Both the position numbers and the translations under genes were made by a program. Below, piece after piece: positions 55,925 to 64,000 of a stretch of 64,000 bases of DNA; position 1 is the first letter of the stretch, and the number at the start of each line of letters is the position of its first letter. Origin of the DNA: Pseudomonadota bacterium (GTDB taxonomy: Bacteria > Chloroflexota > UBA5177 > JAJPKF01); NCBI GenBank assembly GCA_021323865.1, contig JAJPKF010000020.1, positions 257,673-321,672 on the forward strand, written 5' to 3'. The notes beneath the pieces are model-generated. The model did not search any database and was not told the origin of the DNA. It saw only the letters and a program-made list of their open reading frames with translations.

Positions 55925-57133
55925 ATGACCAAGCGCGTGATCGTGGTGCTTGGGGTTATGGCGGGTAATCCCTATGCCGGCATCGCCTGGCAATGCCTTC
56001 AATACCTGATTGGCCTGCGGCGTCTCGGCCATGAGGTCTACTACTTCGAAGTGTCCTCCGTGTGGCCGTACGATCCGAACCGTCGGAGTCCGGTGGACGA
56101 CTCCGCGTATCCACTGAGCTACCTCCAGAGGCTTGCGGCCGACTTCGATTTCCGTGGCCGCTGGGCCTACCGCCGGAGCTACTCCGATGGCGAGTGGTTC
56201 GGCCTGCCGAGGACGCGCGCCGAGGCCATACTTCGGGAAGCCGACGCCGTGCTCAACATCTCGGGCGCCACGGACGTTCGCGCCGAGGGCTTGAGCGAGA
56301 ATCTCATTCTCGTGGGAACCGATCCGGTCGTGGAGGAGGCCCGGTTGGCCGCCGGCATCGAGGACACAGCCTGCCATATCTCGGCGCACCGAGCCAGCTT
56401 CACCTTTGGCGAGAACATCGGGACCGACCGGTCGCCCGTGCCGGCCTTCCCCAATCTCGCCGGAACGACGCGCCAGCCCGTGGTTCTCGATTTCTGGGGA
56501 CCGCAAGGCGCTCCATCCCGGGATGTCTTCACGACAGTGGGCAACTGGCATCAGGAAGGCACGGAGATCGCATTCGGCGGCGAGACATACTTCTGGAGCA
56601 AGGATCGGGAGTTCCTAAGGTTCGTCGACCTGCCGCGGCGCCTCGGCATGCAGATAGAGCTGGCGACCACATTGGATCCCTCGGGCGAGCTGGAATCGCC
56701 TGGCAACGGCTCCCTTCCGGCCGGTGCCGGAACACCACGAGAGGTGTTGGAGAGCCATGGATGGAGGCTGATCGATGCCCTGGCCCTGACCGGCGATCCG
56801 TGGTCCTATCGCGACTACATCCGGGCCTCGAAGGGTGAGTTCACGGTGGCCAAGGACGCCAACGTCCGGCTCCGAACCGGCTGGTTCAGCGATCGCAGCG
56901 CCTCATACCTGGCCGCCGGACGGCCGGTCATCACCCAAGACACCGGCTTCGGCGACGTGCTCCCCACCGGCCGCGGTCTGTTCGCCTTTCGGTGCATGGA
57001 GGATATTCTGGCCGCCTTTGCCGCCATTCAAGCGGACTACGCCGAACACAGCCGCGCGGCGCGTGACATCGCCCAGCAGTATTTCCGTGCGGAGACCGTG
57101 CTGAGTCGCATGCTGGCCGACGCGGGCCTCTAG
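55925..57133 (+). CDS. Hypothetical protein, probably a GT-B-fold glycosyltransferase-like enzyme
   Basis: C-terminal SDRSASYLAAGRPVITQDTGFGDVLPTGRGLFAF resembles the GT1/GT4 donor-binding helix-loop. N-terminal VIVVLGVMAGNPYAGIAWQCLQYLIGLRRLGHEVYYFE is Rossmann-like. Not a confident family call. Confidence 0.45.
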   Translation: MTKRVIVVLGVMAGNPYAGIAWQCLQYLIGLRRLGHEVYYFEVSSVWPYDPNRRSPVDDSAYPLSYLQRLAADFDFRGRWAYRRSYSDGEWFGLPRTRAEAILREADAVLNISGATDVRAEGLSENLILVGTDPVVEEARLAAGIEDTACHISAHRASFTFGENIGTDRSPVPAFPNLAGTTRQPVVLDFWGPQGAPSRDVFTTVGNWHQEGTEIAFGGETYFWSKDREFLRFVDLPRRLGMQIELATTLDPSGELESPGNGSLPAGAGTPREVLESHGWRLIDALALTGDPWSYRDYIRASKGEFTVAKDANVRLRTGWFSDRSASYLAAGRPVITQDTGFGDVLPTGRGLFAFRCMEDILAAFAAIQADYAEHSRAARDIAQQYFRAETVLSRMLADAGL

Positions 57134-57958
57134 GTGCCCCGTAGTACCGCCGGTGAAGGGCGTGGCGATCTCCCTTCATCGGCTCCGGGCCGAACCTCTG
57201 TCGACGGAGCCGTGGCATTGGGAGAAGCAGCGCCCAATGTCGAGAGGCGCCTCATCGTCAACGCCGACGATTTTGGGCTCTCGCCGGGCGTGAACGAGGG
57301 GATTATCCGGTCTCATGAGGAGGGCATCGTTACCAGCGCCAGCCTCATGGTCCGTCAGGCGGCTGCAGCCGAGGCCGCGTCGTATGCACGCCGCTCCCCT
57401 CGTCTCAGTGTTGGCCTGCACCTTGACCTGGGAGAGTGGGAGTTTCGTGGCGCGGAGTGGAGGATCCGATATGAGGTGGTTCCGATGGATCAAAGCGAAG
57501 CGGTCGAGCGGGAGGTGGAGAGCCAGCTTGATCGGTTTCACGATCTCGTGGGCACGCATCCCACGCACATCGACAGCCACCAGCACATTCACCGAGACCA
57601 GCCCGCCCGCTCGGCGGTTCTCGCGGCGGCATCCGAGTTGAGAATACCGGTTCGGGACATGACCGAGGAGATTCGCTACCTCGGCGACTTCTACGGGCAA
57701 GACGATACGGGAAATCCGCTGCCGGAGCTGGTCAGCGTCGCGGCATTGGTGCGACGTGTCTCGGAGCTGCCCGCGGGTACCACCGAGCTGGGCTGCCACC
57801 CGGGCCTCGACGACAAGCTGCCCTCGGCCTACGGCCGCGAACGAGCCCTGGAGGTGGAGGCTTTGTGTAGTCGGGAGGTCAAGGCGGCGATCACGGAGGT
57901 TAATGTCTCCCTCATTTCCTTCCGCGACGTTGCGTGCTCGCCGTTGAGGGCCCGATGA
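57134..57958 (+). CDS. YdjC/ChbG/HpnK-family carbohydrate deacetylase; true start probably ~57240
   Basis: LIVNADDFGLSPGVNEGIIRSHEEGIVTSASLMV...VGLHLDLGEW...HIDSHQHIH has the YdjC conserved D and H motifs. Confidence 0.75.
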   Translation: MPRSTAGEGRGDLPSSAPGRTSVDGAVALGEAAPNVERRLIVNADDFGLSPGVNEGIIRSHEEGIVTSASLMVRQAAAAEAASYARRSPRLSVGLHLDLGEWEFRGAEWRIRYEVVPMDQSEAVEREVESQLDRFHDLVGTHPTHIDSHQHIHRDQPARSAVLAAASELRIPVRDMTEEIRYLGDFYGQDDTGNPLPELVSVAALVRRVSELPAGTTELGCHPGLDDKLPSAYGRERALEVEALCSREVKAAITEVNVSLISFRDVACSPLRAR

Positions 57959-58935
57959 AGATCCTCGTCACCGGGGGAGCTGGATACATCGGCAGCCATA
58001 CCTGCAAGGCGCTTGCGGCTGCCGGCATTGAGCCGGTCGCCCTCGACGACCTCAGCACCGGCTGGCGCGATCTGGTACGGTGGGGCCCCTTGGTCGAGGG
58101 AACCCTGGCCGATCGCGACTTCATCGCTTCGACGCTGCGGAAACACCACGTTGCCGGCGTCATCCACTTTGCCGCCAAGGCATATGTGGGCGAATCGGTA
58201 ACCAATCCTCGCGAGTACTTTCAAGCCAACGTCGTCAACACCCTCAACCTCTTGGCGGCGATGCTCGACGCGGGGGTCAGGCACATTGTCTTCTCGTCGA
58301 CGTGCTCCGTCTACGGCACATCCGCCGGTGTCCCCATACGCGAGGAAGAACCTCCGAAGCCGGTCAACCCATACGGGGAGTCGAAGCTCTTCGTCGAGCG
58401 CGTGCTGGGCTGGCACGAGCGCGCGTATGGCTTGAGCTGGATGGCACTGCGCTACTTCAACGCCGCCGGCGCGAGTCCGGATGGAGATATTGGGGAGAAG
58501 CATGAGCCCGAGACACATCTGATCCCGCTCGCGATCGCGGCCGCCCTGGGTGCAGAACGGCAGCTTGGCATCTTTGGAACCGACTACCCGACCCCCGACG
58601 GCTCAGCCGTTCGGGACTACATTCATGTCGACGACCTGGCAGCGGCCCATCTGCTGGCGCTCGAGCGTCTGCAGGGCGGGGGACAGAGTGGGCCGCTGAA
58701 TCTGGGGACCGGGAAGGGCCACTCGGTGCGCGAGGTGGTGCAGTCCGTCGAGAAGGTCAGCGGCCGAACGGTGCCGGTGGTCGAAATGGCGCGCCGTCCC
58801 GGAGACCCTGCGGAGCTGGTTGCCGACCCCAGCCGGGCGAGGGAACTTCTGGGCTGGGAGGCCAGGTATCAGGACCTCGACGGCATTGTCGAGAGTGCGT
58901 GGCGGTGGCAGAGCCGGGCAGAGCGCTCTGGCTAG
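57955..58935 (+). CDS. galE: UDP-glucose 4-epimerase
   Basis: MKILVTGGAGYIGSH (GxxGxxG), YGESK (YxxxK), NLGTGKGHSVREVV. ATGA overlap with the deacetylase gene. Confidence 0.85.
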   Translation: MKILVTGGAGYIGSHTCKALAAAGIEPVALDDLSTGWRDLVRWGPLVEGTLADRDFIASTLRKHHVAGVIHFAAKAYVGESVTNPREYFQANVVNTLNLLAAMLDAGVRHIVFSSTCSVYGTSAGVPIREEEPPKPVNPYGESKLFVERVLGWHERAYGLSWMALRYFNAAGASPDGDIGEKHEPETHLIPLAIAAALGAERQLGIFGTDYPTPDGSAVRDYIHVDDLAAAHLLALERLQGGGQSGPLNLGTGKGHSVREVVQSVEKVSGRTVPVVEMARRPGDPAELVADPSRARELLGWEARYQDLDGIVESAWRWQSRAERSG

Positions 58936-59010
58936 TCGCCAGCGAATCCAACGCCCCAAGTGAGCCTTCCCGTCGGCGCCCGGACGCTCATCTATCCCCG
59001 CCGCAGGAGT

Positions 59011-59937
59011 CTACCCTGGGGACGGCGGGTCACGCCTCGGGAGGGTCGATCTCATCAGTCTCACCGCGGCACCCAAACGCTCGACCCCGGTGACGTCGCT
59101 CGGCTGGATCGTACAGACCAAGTGCGTGATCCCGGCGTCCGCAAACTCACCAAGCGCCTCCGCCACTTCCTCGACGGTGCCGGTAATTTGCGATTCACCG
59201 GGCTGACCCGACTCATTGTCGCCGAGGAGCGTCATGTCTGTGCCGGCCGTGAGTTGGACCGTGGCGGGATCGCGCCCGACGTCGCGACAGGCAACCAGGA
59301 ACGAGGCGTACAGAGACGAGACCGACGCGCCGTTCGCGTGTCCATTGGTGGTCCAAGCATCGGCGTAGGTGGCGGCAAGTCGGAGCATGCGCGGCCGCCA
59401 GGCGGCGATCCAGATCGGAAGCTGATCGCCTGAGGGCCCGCGGGGACGCGAAAAGGCGTCGTGGACTGAGTAGTAGGCACCCTCGAAATCGACATGTCCC
59501 TCCCGCATCAGGGGAATGATGATCCGAAGCGCCTCCTCGAACCGATCGACACGGTGATCAGTCGGATAGCCGAACATCTCGTGCTCGGTATCGTTGCACC
59601 CGGCGCCGAGCGCGAAGATCGAACGGCCGCCGCTAATCTCGTCGAGAGTAGATGCCATTCTCGCCAGGAGAGCCGGCGTTCGAAACGCCGTGCTGGCGAC
59701 CATTGGCCCAAGCTGGATGCGGGACGTGCACGCCGCGAGTCCGCTCAGAAATGTGAAGGCTTCCCAGCCGCCGATGTTGGGCCGGCCGGGCTCGTTGAAC
59801 AGGAAGTGATCCGCAAGCCAGAAGGAATCGAGGCCCGCATCCTCGGTCGCGCGCGCCATGTCCAGGATTTCGGCAAAGCGAGCGGTTCCGCGTCGGTGTC
59901 TTCCCTCGCCTTGGTCACCGACAACGCCGACTTGCAC
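59011..59937 (-). CDS. LLM-class (luciferase-like) flavin/F420-dependent oxidoreductase
   Basis: ARATEDAGLDSFWLADHFLF...FALGAGCNDTEHEMFGYP. Confidence 0.75.
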   Translation of the reverse strand: MQVGVVGDQGEGRHRRGTARFAEILDMARATEDAGLDSFWLADHFLFNEPGRPNIGGWEAFTFLSGLAACTSRIQLGPMVASTAFRTPALLARMASTLDEISGGRSIFALGAGCNDTEHEMFGYPTDHRVDRFEEALRIIIPLMREGHVDFEGAYYSVHDAFSRPRGPSGDQLPIWIAAWRPRMLRLAATYADAWTTNGHANGASVSSLYASFLVACRDVGRDPATVQLTAGTDMTLLGDNESGQPGESQITGTVEEVAEALGEFADAGITHLVCTIQPSDVTGVERLGAAVRLMRSTLPRRDPPSPG

Positions 59938-59985
59938 TCGTGCCCCTCAATCCGGCCACCGTTGTGAGCCTGTTCGCTCTCTTTC

Positions 59986-60660
59986 TTATCCGTCCTGCGG
60001 CGCAAGCGCCTTGCGCTGGACTCGCCGGCCGTACGCCATCGTCAGGGCAAATGTCCCAGCGAACATGCCGTAAAAGAGGACCTGCGACGCCACCAAGAAC
60101 GCGGATGTCGAGAGGATGAAGACAAGCGCCGCCCGAACGACGGCATCGCCGACAAAGGCCACGCCCCATGTGACGGTGATGACTCGCATGGCATGACGAA
60201 AGCTGGGATATTGCCAGAGGTCGTTCCAGTGTCGCCACCGTTCCGGATCTCCGCCGGTTGAGAACTTGCCGGCGATGTAAAACATCAGCGGCCGGCTTGT
60301 GAGTAGCGAGCCAAAGAAAATAAGGCCAAAGATCCCCGTGAAGACTGACTCCTTGAGGAGACTGAAACGCGGGTTTTGGGAGATGAGGCTTGCCGCGGCG
60401 CTGATGCCAATGAACAGCAGCGAGATCAAGGCAATCACGTCGAATTGACGAGTTCGGATCCAGTCCCAGATGCTGTATGCGAGCGGAAAGATGGAACCCG
60501 AAACCAAGGCCGGGACCTGGGAAACGCCACGAGCCGTGAGCACTTGATAGAGGATGATCGGCAGCGCCGCATTGACGACGAGATTGGGTATGAGGAACCG
60601 GATCAGACCTCGAGAAGAGGGCTGTTCGGGGTCTCGAGCCAGAGATTCGGATTGAGGCAT
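59986..60660 (-). CDS. VC0807/DUF3159-like membrane protein, paralog of 40927-41613 (start at MPQSES.., 60660)
   Basis: ...QFDVIALISLLFIGISAAASLISQNPRFSLLKESVFTGIFGLIFF...WNDLWQYPSFRHAMRVITVTWG aligns position-for-position with the 40927 protein. Confidence 0.6.
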   Translation of the reverse strand: MPQSESLARDPEQPSSRGLIRFLIPNLVVNAALPIILYQVLTARGVSQVPALVSGSIFPLAYSIWDWIRTRQFDVIALISLLFIGISAAASLISQNPRFSLLKESVFTGIFGLIFFGSLLTSRPLMFYIAGKFSTGGDPERWRHWNDLWQYPSFRHAMRVITVTWGVAFVGDAVVRAALVFILSTSAFLVASQVLFYGMFAGTFALTMAYGRRVQRKALAPQDG

Positions 60661-60834
60661 CAACTCGCGAGAAGGCCTGCCAAACGATGAAGAAGCAACT
60701 CTGGTCACCCGTGTGTGTTCGGTCCATCGGGTGCGCACCCGAACTCTGCTCTCATAGACCAGAGGCTCCGACCATCCAGTCGGAGCGCGGCCCGAGGTTC
60801 CCTTCGGAAAAGGTGGGTCGAGTCTCTTCGGCGC

Positions 60835-61371
60835 CTACTGCGAGGGCGTGGTCGGATTATCGTCGGCTTCGGCACCGTCCGGAATCTCGTCCATCTCTGA
60901 TTGGAGTCGGGCGACCGTCTGGTCGGTGTTCCGGACATCGATGTCACGGACCTGTTCGAACATTGGGTTCGGCCCGTGCAGCGCTGTCTCGACCATCCCG
61001 AGACCGGACGCCGCAGAGCTGCCCAATGGTCCGGCGCCCGGCCGCATGCCGAGGGCCATCTGCTCATCCTGCATCTGCTGAAGGTTGCCATCAACCTGAA
61101 CCGCCGCGATCTCGGTCTTCTTCCACAGTCGCCGCACCCGATTCCAAAGGGCTCCCATTACCGCCGGCTCCCGTCGCTCTCGTGCCGAACGGACAATATG
61201 TTCGGCCGTGACGCATTCTAGTCGCCCGCGCCTCGGCGGCGAATCGTTTGCCGGGTGCACTGCCGGCCGCCCATAGGTGGCGAGACAGGTTGTCTTTGGC
61301 CTGCCTTTCGCTCGGACCCTGAACTGAGCCTGACGCCGAGCCTTGGAGGGCCACCCTGTGCAACTGCCCAC
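60835..61371 (-). CDS. Hypothetical protein (start probably internal, ~61160)
   Basis: ORF with moderate coding bias; no recognisable motif. Confidence 0.3.
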   Translation of the reverse strand: MGSCTGWPSKARRQAQFRVRAKGRPKTTCLATYGRPAVHPANDSPPRRGRLECVTAEHIVRSARERREPAVMGALWNRVRRLWKKTEIAAVQVDGNLQQMQDEQMALGMRPGAGPLGSSAASGLGMVETALHGPNPMFEQVRDIDVRNTDQTVARLQSEMDEIPDGAEADDNPTTPSQ

Positions 61372-61437
61372 CCACTAAGGCTGCTGGAGAGAATATGACA
61401 GATAGCCGGACGATGCTATACGAGGAGAACCCCGGGC

Positions 61438-62487
61438 GTGACCCTCGATCGCAAGCCGCCGTCCAAAGATACCGGGCAGCAGACCGGACAGTCGCGTAAT
61501 GAAAAGCACACTCCGCCCGGTCTGCCGGATATCTGGACGCTCCGAATGAGCTACATGGAATTCGAAGACATGGAGTACCCCCACTTCCACGTCGGCTACC
61601 TGACCCAGTTTGCGATCATGGCCTCTCCCACCGGCTGGTCGACCGAACGTCCGCCGGACTGGGTCGACGAACCGAGCAATACGACGCACTGGTCAATCTC
61701 CTGGCCTGTAGCCCCGCTTGGCGGCTTGTTCGTCCAGCCCGAGGGTACGGGGAGGTGGGCGACGAAGTTGGACGACCACGGCCGCTATCGGGTCGCGGGC
61801 ACGGTCGTCGCCGTGCCGAAGCGTGACTTCTTCTGGCAGGATGCGTGTGAATGTTGGTCTCCCATGCCGAATTGCCTGCTCGACTGCGGCATCGTGATCA
61901 TGGCACGGCTGTATCAACCGGGCGAGCACACCTACCGTGTGGACTGCGGGCAGACAGAGACTCGAGGCCTCCTGCGCCCCACAGTTGGCGACTTCGTCTC
62001 CGGGGAGGTGTTCCTGGACATTCACATTCCGGAACTGCGAGGAGTGCCTCCCTGCATCTATACCTGGAGAATCACTGGTCTCAAGGGCCGAGACAACGAG
62101 CACCTGACGTCCACAACCAAGGGAGAGACGGAGCTCGTGTCGGCCCGGTTGACCCGCGCAGAGCCGCTCCGCGAGCGAGATGATCTGGCGGTCGTGCTCT
62201 TGCCCATGTCTCCGGCACCGAGGCACGTGAGGCTCATCATGCAAGCGGCCGGGGTTGACCGGCATGAGTCGGAGCGGCTCTTGACGCAGGCGCCCGTCCC
62301 GCTTCGGTCACGCCTCACGCAGGACGAAGCACGCCGCCTGATGGCCAAGCTCGAGGAAGCCGGGATCCTGGCGGCTATCTCATACGTGCCCCGCCGGCCC
62401 TCGGGAAGGGATGTCCGGTTTAGACCCGGCAAAACGTGGGACTACGGCCCTGACGATTACATACCGCGGGTGACTTGGGAGCCGTGA
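61438..62487 (+). CDS. Hypothetical protein with C-terminal ribosomal-L7/L12-CTD-like domain
   Basis: C-terminal HVRLIMQAAGVDRHESERLLTQAPVPLRSRLTQDEARRLMAKLEEAGILAAISYV follows the L7/L12 C-terminal domain pattern (..IK.VR..TGLGLKEAK.LVE.AP..LKEG.SK.EAE.LK.KLEEAGA). Cys/Trp-rich N-terminal part. Confidence 0.45.
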   Translation: MTLDRKPPSKDTGQQTGQSRNEKHTPPGLPDIWTLRMSYMEFEDMEYPHFHVGYLTQFAIMASPTGWSTERPPDWVDEPSNTTHWSISWPVAPLGGLFVQPEGTGRWATKLDDHGRYRVAGTVVAVPKRDFFWQDACECWSPMPNCLLDCGIVIMARLYQPGEHTYRVDCGQTETRGLLRPTVGDFVSGEVFLDIHIPELRGVPPCIYTWRITGLKGRDNEHLTSTTKGETELVSARLTRAEPLRERDDLAVVLLPMSPAPRHVRLIMQAAGVDRHESERLLTQAPVPLRSRLTQDEARRLMAKLEEAGILAAISYVPRRPSGRDVRFRPGKTWDYGPDDYIPRVTWEP

Positions 62488-62621
62488 CTCGCTCTGTAAG
62501 GGGATAATCCGGCTTCCAGGTCCGCGCCTCTCTTCGTTCCGCCTGGCTCGGAACTGTTGGCCACATTGGGCCTTTAGGCGGCTCCAACTCGGTGGGCAGC
62601 TAGAAAGGCGAAGCGGATCAT

Positions 62622-62890
62622 CAGTTGTTGGAGGGGATTTTCGCGTTCACGTTGCCCCAACAGCGAATAGTGCCGTCCGTGAGCCCGCAGGCGCTATCTC
62701 CACCGTTTCCGGCGCTGACCTGTGAGTATGTACCAGGGGGTGGAGAGTTCCGGCCGGCATAATTCCAGCCCCAGCACTTGGCTGTACCGTCGGCGGTAAG
62801 GCCGCAGGACAGTTGCCAGCCGGCCGAAACCTGCGTGAAGGTGCCGGCTGCTGGATCGGACTGTCCCTGCGAGTCGGCTGACTGTGTCCA
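62622..62890 (-). pseudogene. Fragment containing two RCC1-like repeats, no start codon (in-frame TGA immediately upstream)
   Basis: Minus-strand frame reads QSADSQGQSDPAAGTFTQVSAGWQLSCGLTADGTAKCWGWNYAGRNSPPPGTYSQVSAGNGGDSACGLTDGTIRCWGNVNAKIPSNN*. The pattern (VS.G...SC.LT.DGT..CWG.N..G) is the RCC1 blade. It is a different frame from the 62647-63291 ORF in the track. Confidence 0.4.
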
Positions 62891-62943
62891 GGCTCACAGA
62901 GCGAGGCGAACCCACGCATGGCCCGGCGTTCTAGGCTCGTACT

Positions 62944-63510
62944 GTGGACGCATGGTTGAACCGGCTTCGGGCGGTGATCCCCTCGCTGGTCCGGCCGGGC
63001 TTTCTGCTGGGCGGTGTGGCGCTCGTCGGGGTCGGGGTGAGCGGATTGCTGAGCGCGTTGATGGCCGCCGTCTTCGGCGCCGCCTCTGTGACGGGAGACA
63101 TTCCCGGAGATACCTACACGCCGGACCGCTGCGCGCAGCTCCTCCGCCTCGCCCACGCCTCGACCTGTGAACGGGCCGCCGTCCTCCATCACCTCGACGA
63201 GGTGACGACCAATCGTGTGGCAGCCGGCATGCTCGGGCTGTTCGTCCTCGGGCTGTGGGTGTGGCTCCGGCTCACCCGCGGCAACCGTCACCGGCCTGGA
63301 GTGCTGCCCGAGCGCTTCACGTCCACGGTCGGGGCCTCGCTATTCCTCCTGGCGGCGGCCCTCCTGATCCTCGACGGGCTGGGTCGTCTGGCCCTGGGAA
63401 CCCAGGCGGGAGCCGGCGCGTCACTGAGCGGTGGCATCGTCTCGGCCTTTTTGGGGGTCGCCTTCGCGGTCGCGTTCCTCCGGGATGTTCCCTCCGCTCC
63501 GCCTCCCTAA
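62944..63510 (+). CDS. Hypothetical integral membrane protein (4 helices)
   Basis: GFLLGGVALVGVGVSGLLSALMAAVFGAASV; AAGMLGLFVLGLWVWL; ASLFLLAAALLILDGL; GIVSAFLGVAFAVAFL. Confidence 0.45.
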   Translation: MDAWLNRLRAVIPSLVRPGFLLGGVALVGVGVSGLLSALMAAVFGAASVTGDIPGDTYTPDRCAQLLRLAHASTCERAAVLHHLDEVTTNRVAAGMLGLFVLGLWVWLRLTRGNRHRPGVLPERFTSTVGASLFLLAAALLILDGLGRLALGTQAGAGASLSGGIVSAFLGVAFAVAFLRDVPSAPPP

Positions 63511-63589
63511 GCCGCTTGGGTTTGGCTCCAGAGGTCCGGAACCAGCTCCCAGCGGGGTCCTACCGGCGAGAGATTGAAGGGCAACGGTC

Positions 63590-64000
63590 TCAGTGCAACG
63601 CGCTGCGGCTAAGCCGGAAACCGGTCCCGTCGTGGAGGTCTTCGTGGCTCCAGGCGCGAGCGGCTTCGGGCACCAGTCTCAGGATCCCGCTGCCGCTGGG
63701 GTCCGGGGCGAAACGACCGTACTTGGCATTCCAGACTTGAACAAGCCGCTTACCCTCCTCAACGGGAAGGGTCAGATCTTCAACCGTGCCATCGAGGATC
63801 ACCACCGCGTTGGTGCTTTCCAAGTGGACGGTCGCGTATGGGTTGACCGAGAGGTTACGGGACCACCTCGTGTGCGGATGTCCGTCGAAGTAGAGCATCT
63901 CATCGATCCAGATGCCCCAGACCGGTGTGGCGTGCGGTTTGCCGGTCCGGCCGGCCGTGACCAGCCAGTAGGCATGGCTTGCCTCGAGCTGGTGCTCGAC
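63590..64000 (-). CDS. Pyridoxamine-5'-phosphate-oxidase-like (PPOX/F420-dependent split-barrel) protein, 5' partial (continues past window end)
   Basis: ...NPYATVHLESTNAVVILDGTVEDL...VQVWNAKYGRFAPD fits the FMN/F420-binding split barrel. The frame stays open to 64000. Confidence 0.45.
   Translation of the reverse strand, partial: VEHQLEASHAYWLVTAGRTGKPHATPVWGIWIDEMLYFDGHPHTRWSRNLSVNPYATVHLESTNAVVILDGTVEDLTLPVEEGKRLVQVWNAKYGRFAPDPSGSGILRLVPEAARAWSHEDLHDGTGFRLSRSALH

Noticed and set aside
55805-56551. 248-aa minus-strand ORF and 56062-56838 plus-strand off-frame ORF
   Set aside because: Overlap the GT-B-like gene in other frames; no motifs.
62647-63291. 214-aa minus-strand ORF
   Set aside because: Low-complexity; overlaps the + strand membrane-protein ORF; the only meaningful signal on this strand (RCC1 blades) is in a different frame, reported separately.
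1-64000. Search for IS elements, integrases, tRNA/tmRNA, CRISPR repeats, toxin-antitoxin pairs or phage-defence operons
   Set aside because: None recognised. There are no short evenly spaced direct repeats, no DDE/tyrosine-recombinase motifs and no tRNA-like cloverleaf candidates in the intergenic regions. The only repeated DNA is the intra-array conversion tracts and the PA14 triplication.

Overview
This is a 64-kb window of a gene-dense, high-GC bacterial chromosome (roughly two-thirds G+C by eye). GTG starts are frequent and many neighbouring genes overlap by ATGA/GTGA, so several N-termini in the ORF track are probably over-extended; I give the likeliest starts. I could not recognise any rRNA, tRNA, CRISPR array, transposase or integrase. 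The gene content looks like a soil actinobacterium-like organism, although other high-GC phyla cannot be excluded from sequence alone. Working left to right, the window contains the following. (1) 0-9.5 kb: a DinB_2-like gene, a DUF4389-like membrane protein, a large secreted beta-helix protein, a pair of fused permease-ATPase ABC exporters, an AraC regulator and two VOC/glyoxalase-fold genes. (2) 9.8-11.9 kb: a secreted protein made of three tandem ~220-aa PA14-like repeats. (3) About 12.2-13.5 kb: a pentapeptide-repeat/DinB_2 fusion, then a frameshifted remnant of a uvrA-like gene. (4) 13.7-16.2 kb: a partner-switching module in which a partial GAF domain, a PP2C phosphatase and an RsbW-like kinase domain are fused in one protein, followed by two STAS antagonists, with no sigma factor nearby. 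(5) 17.3-26.1 kb: the most striking element, seven head-to-tail paralogous ~400-aa ten-helix membrane proteins. They share a conserved extracytoplasmic C-x5-C motif and an almost invariant C-terminal tail (DRRFYRxRYDAxRT...LRDxVDL...HPEHVSLWLR). They are arranged as sub-operons P1 | P2-P3-P4 | P5-P6-P7 and carry DNA-level identical tracts that suggest ongoing gene conversion. A small membrane protein and a convergent AfsR-like SARP-ATPase-TPR regulator follow. (6) 30-49 kb: housekeeping and detoxification-type genes. These include DinB_2, DUF899, ABC-2 transporter, TetR regulators, quinone reductase, a bacterial SET-domain protein, MOSC, a secreted GH5, VOC and cupin genes, a GT-C-like membrane protein, an HD-GYP(GYH variant)-LuxR regulator and a methyltransferase. 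(7) 49.5-59 kb: a candidate glycoconjugate biosynthesis and export locus. It has a clan-A glycosidase coupled by a GTGA overlap to a GT2 with a membrane domain, an MsbA-like ABC exporter, two paralogous APH-like kinases, a GT-B-like protein, a YdjC-family deacetylase and galE. (8) 59-64 kb: an LLM oxidoreductase, a second VC0807-like membrane protein, hypotheticals and an RCC1-repeat gene fragment. Many long antisense ORFs in the track are high-GC artefacts and are listed as rejected.
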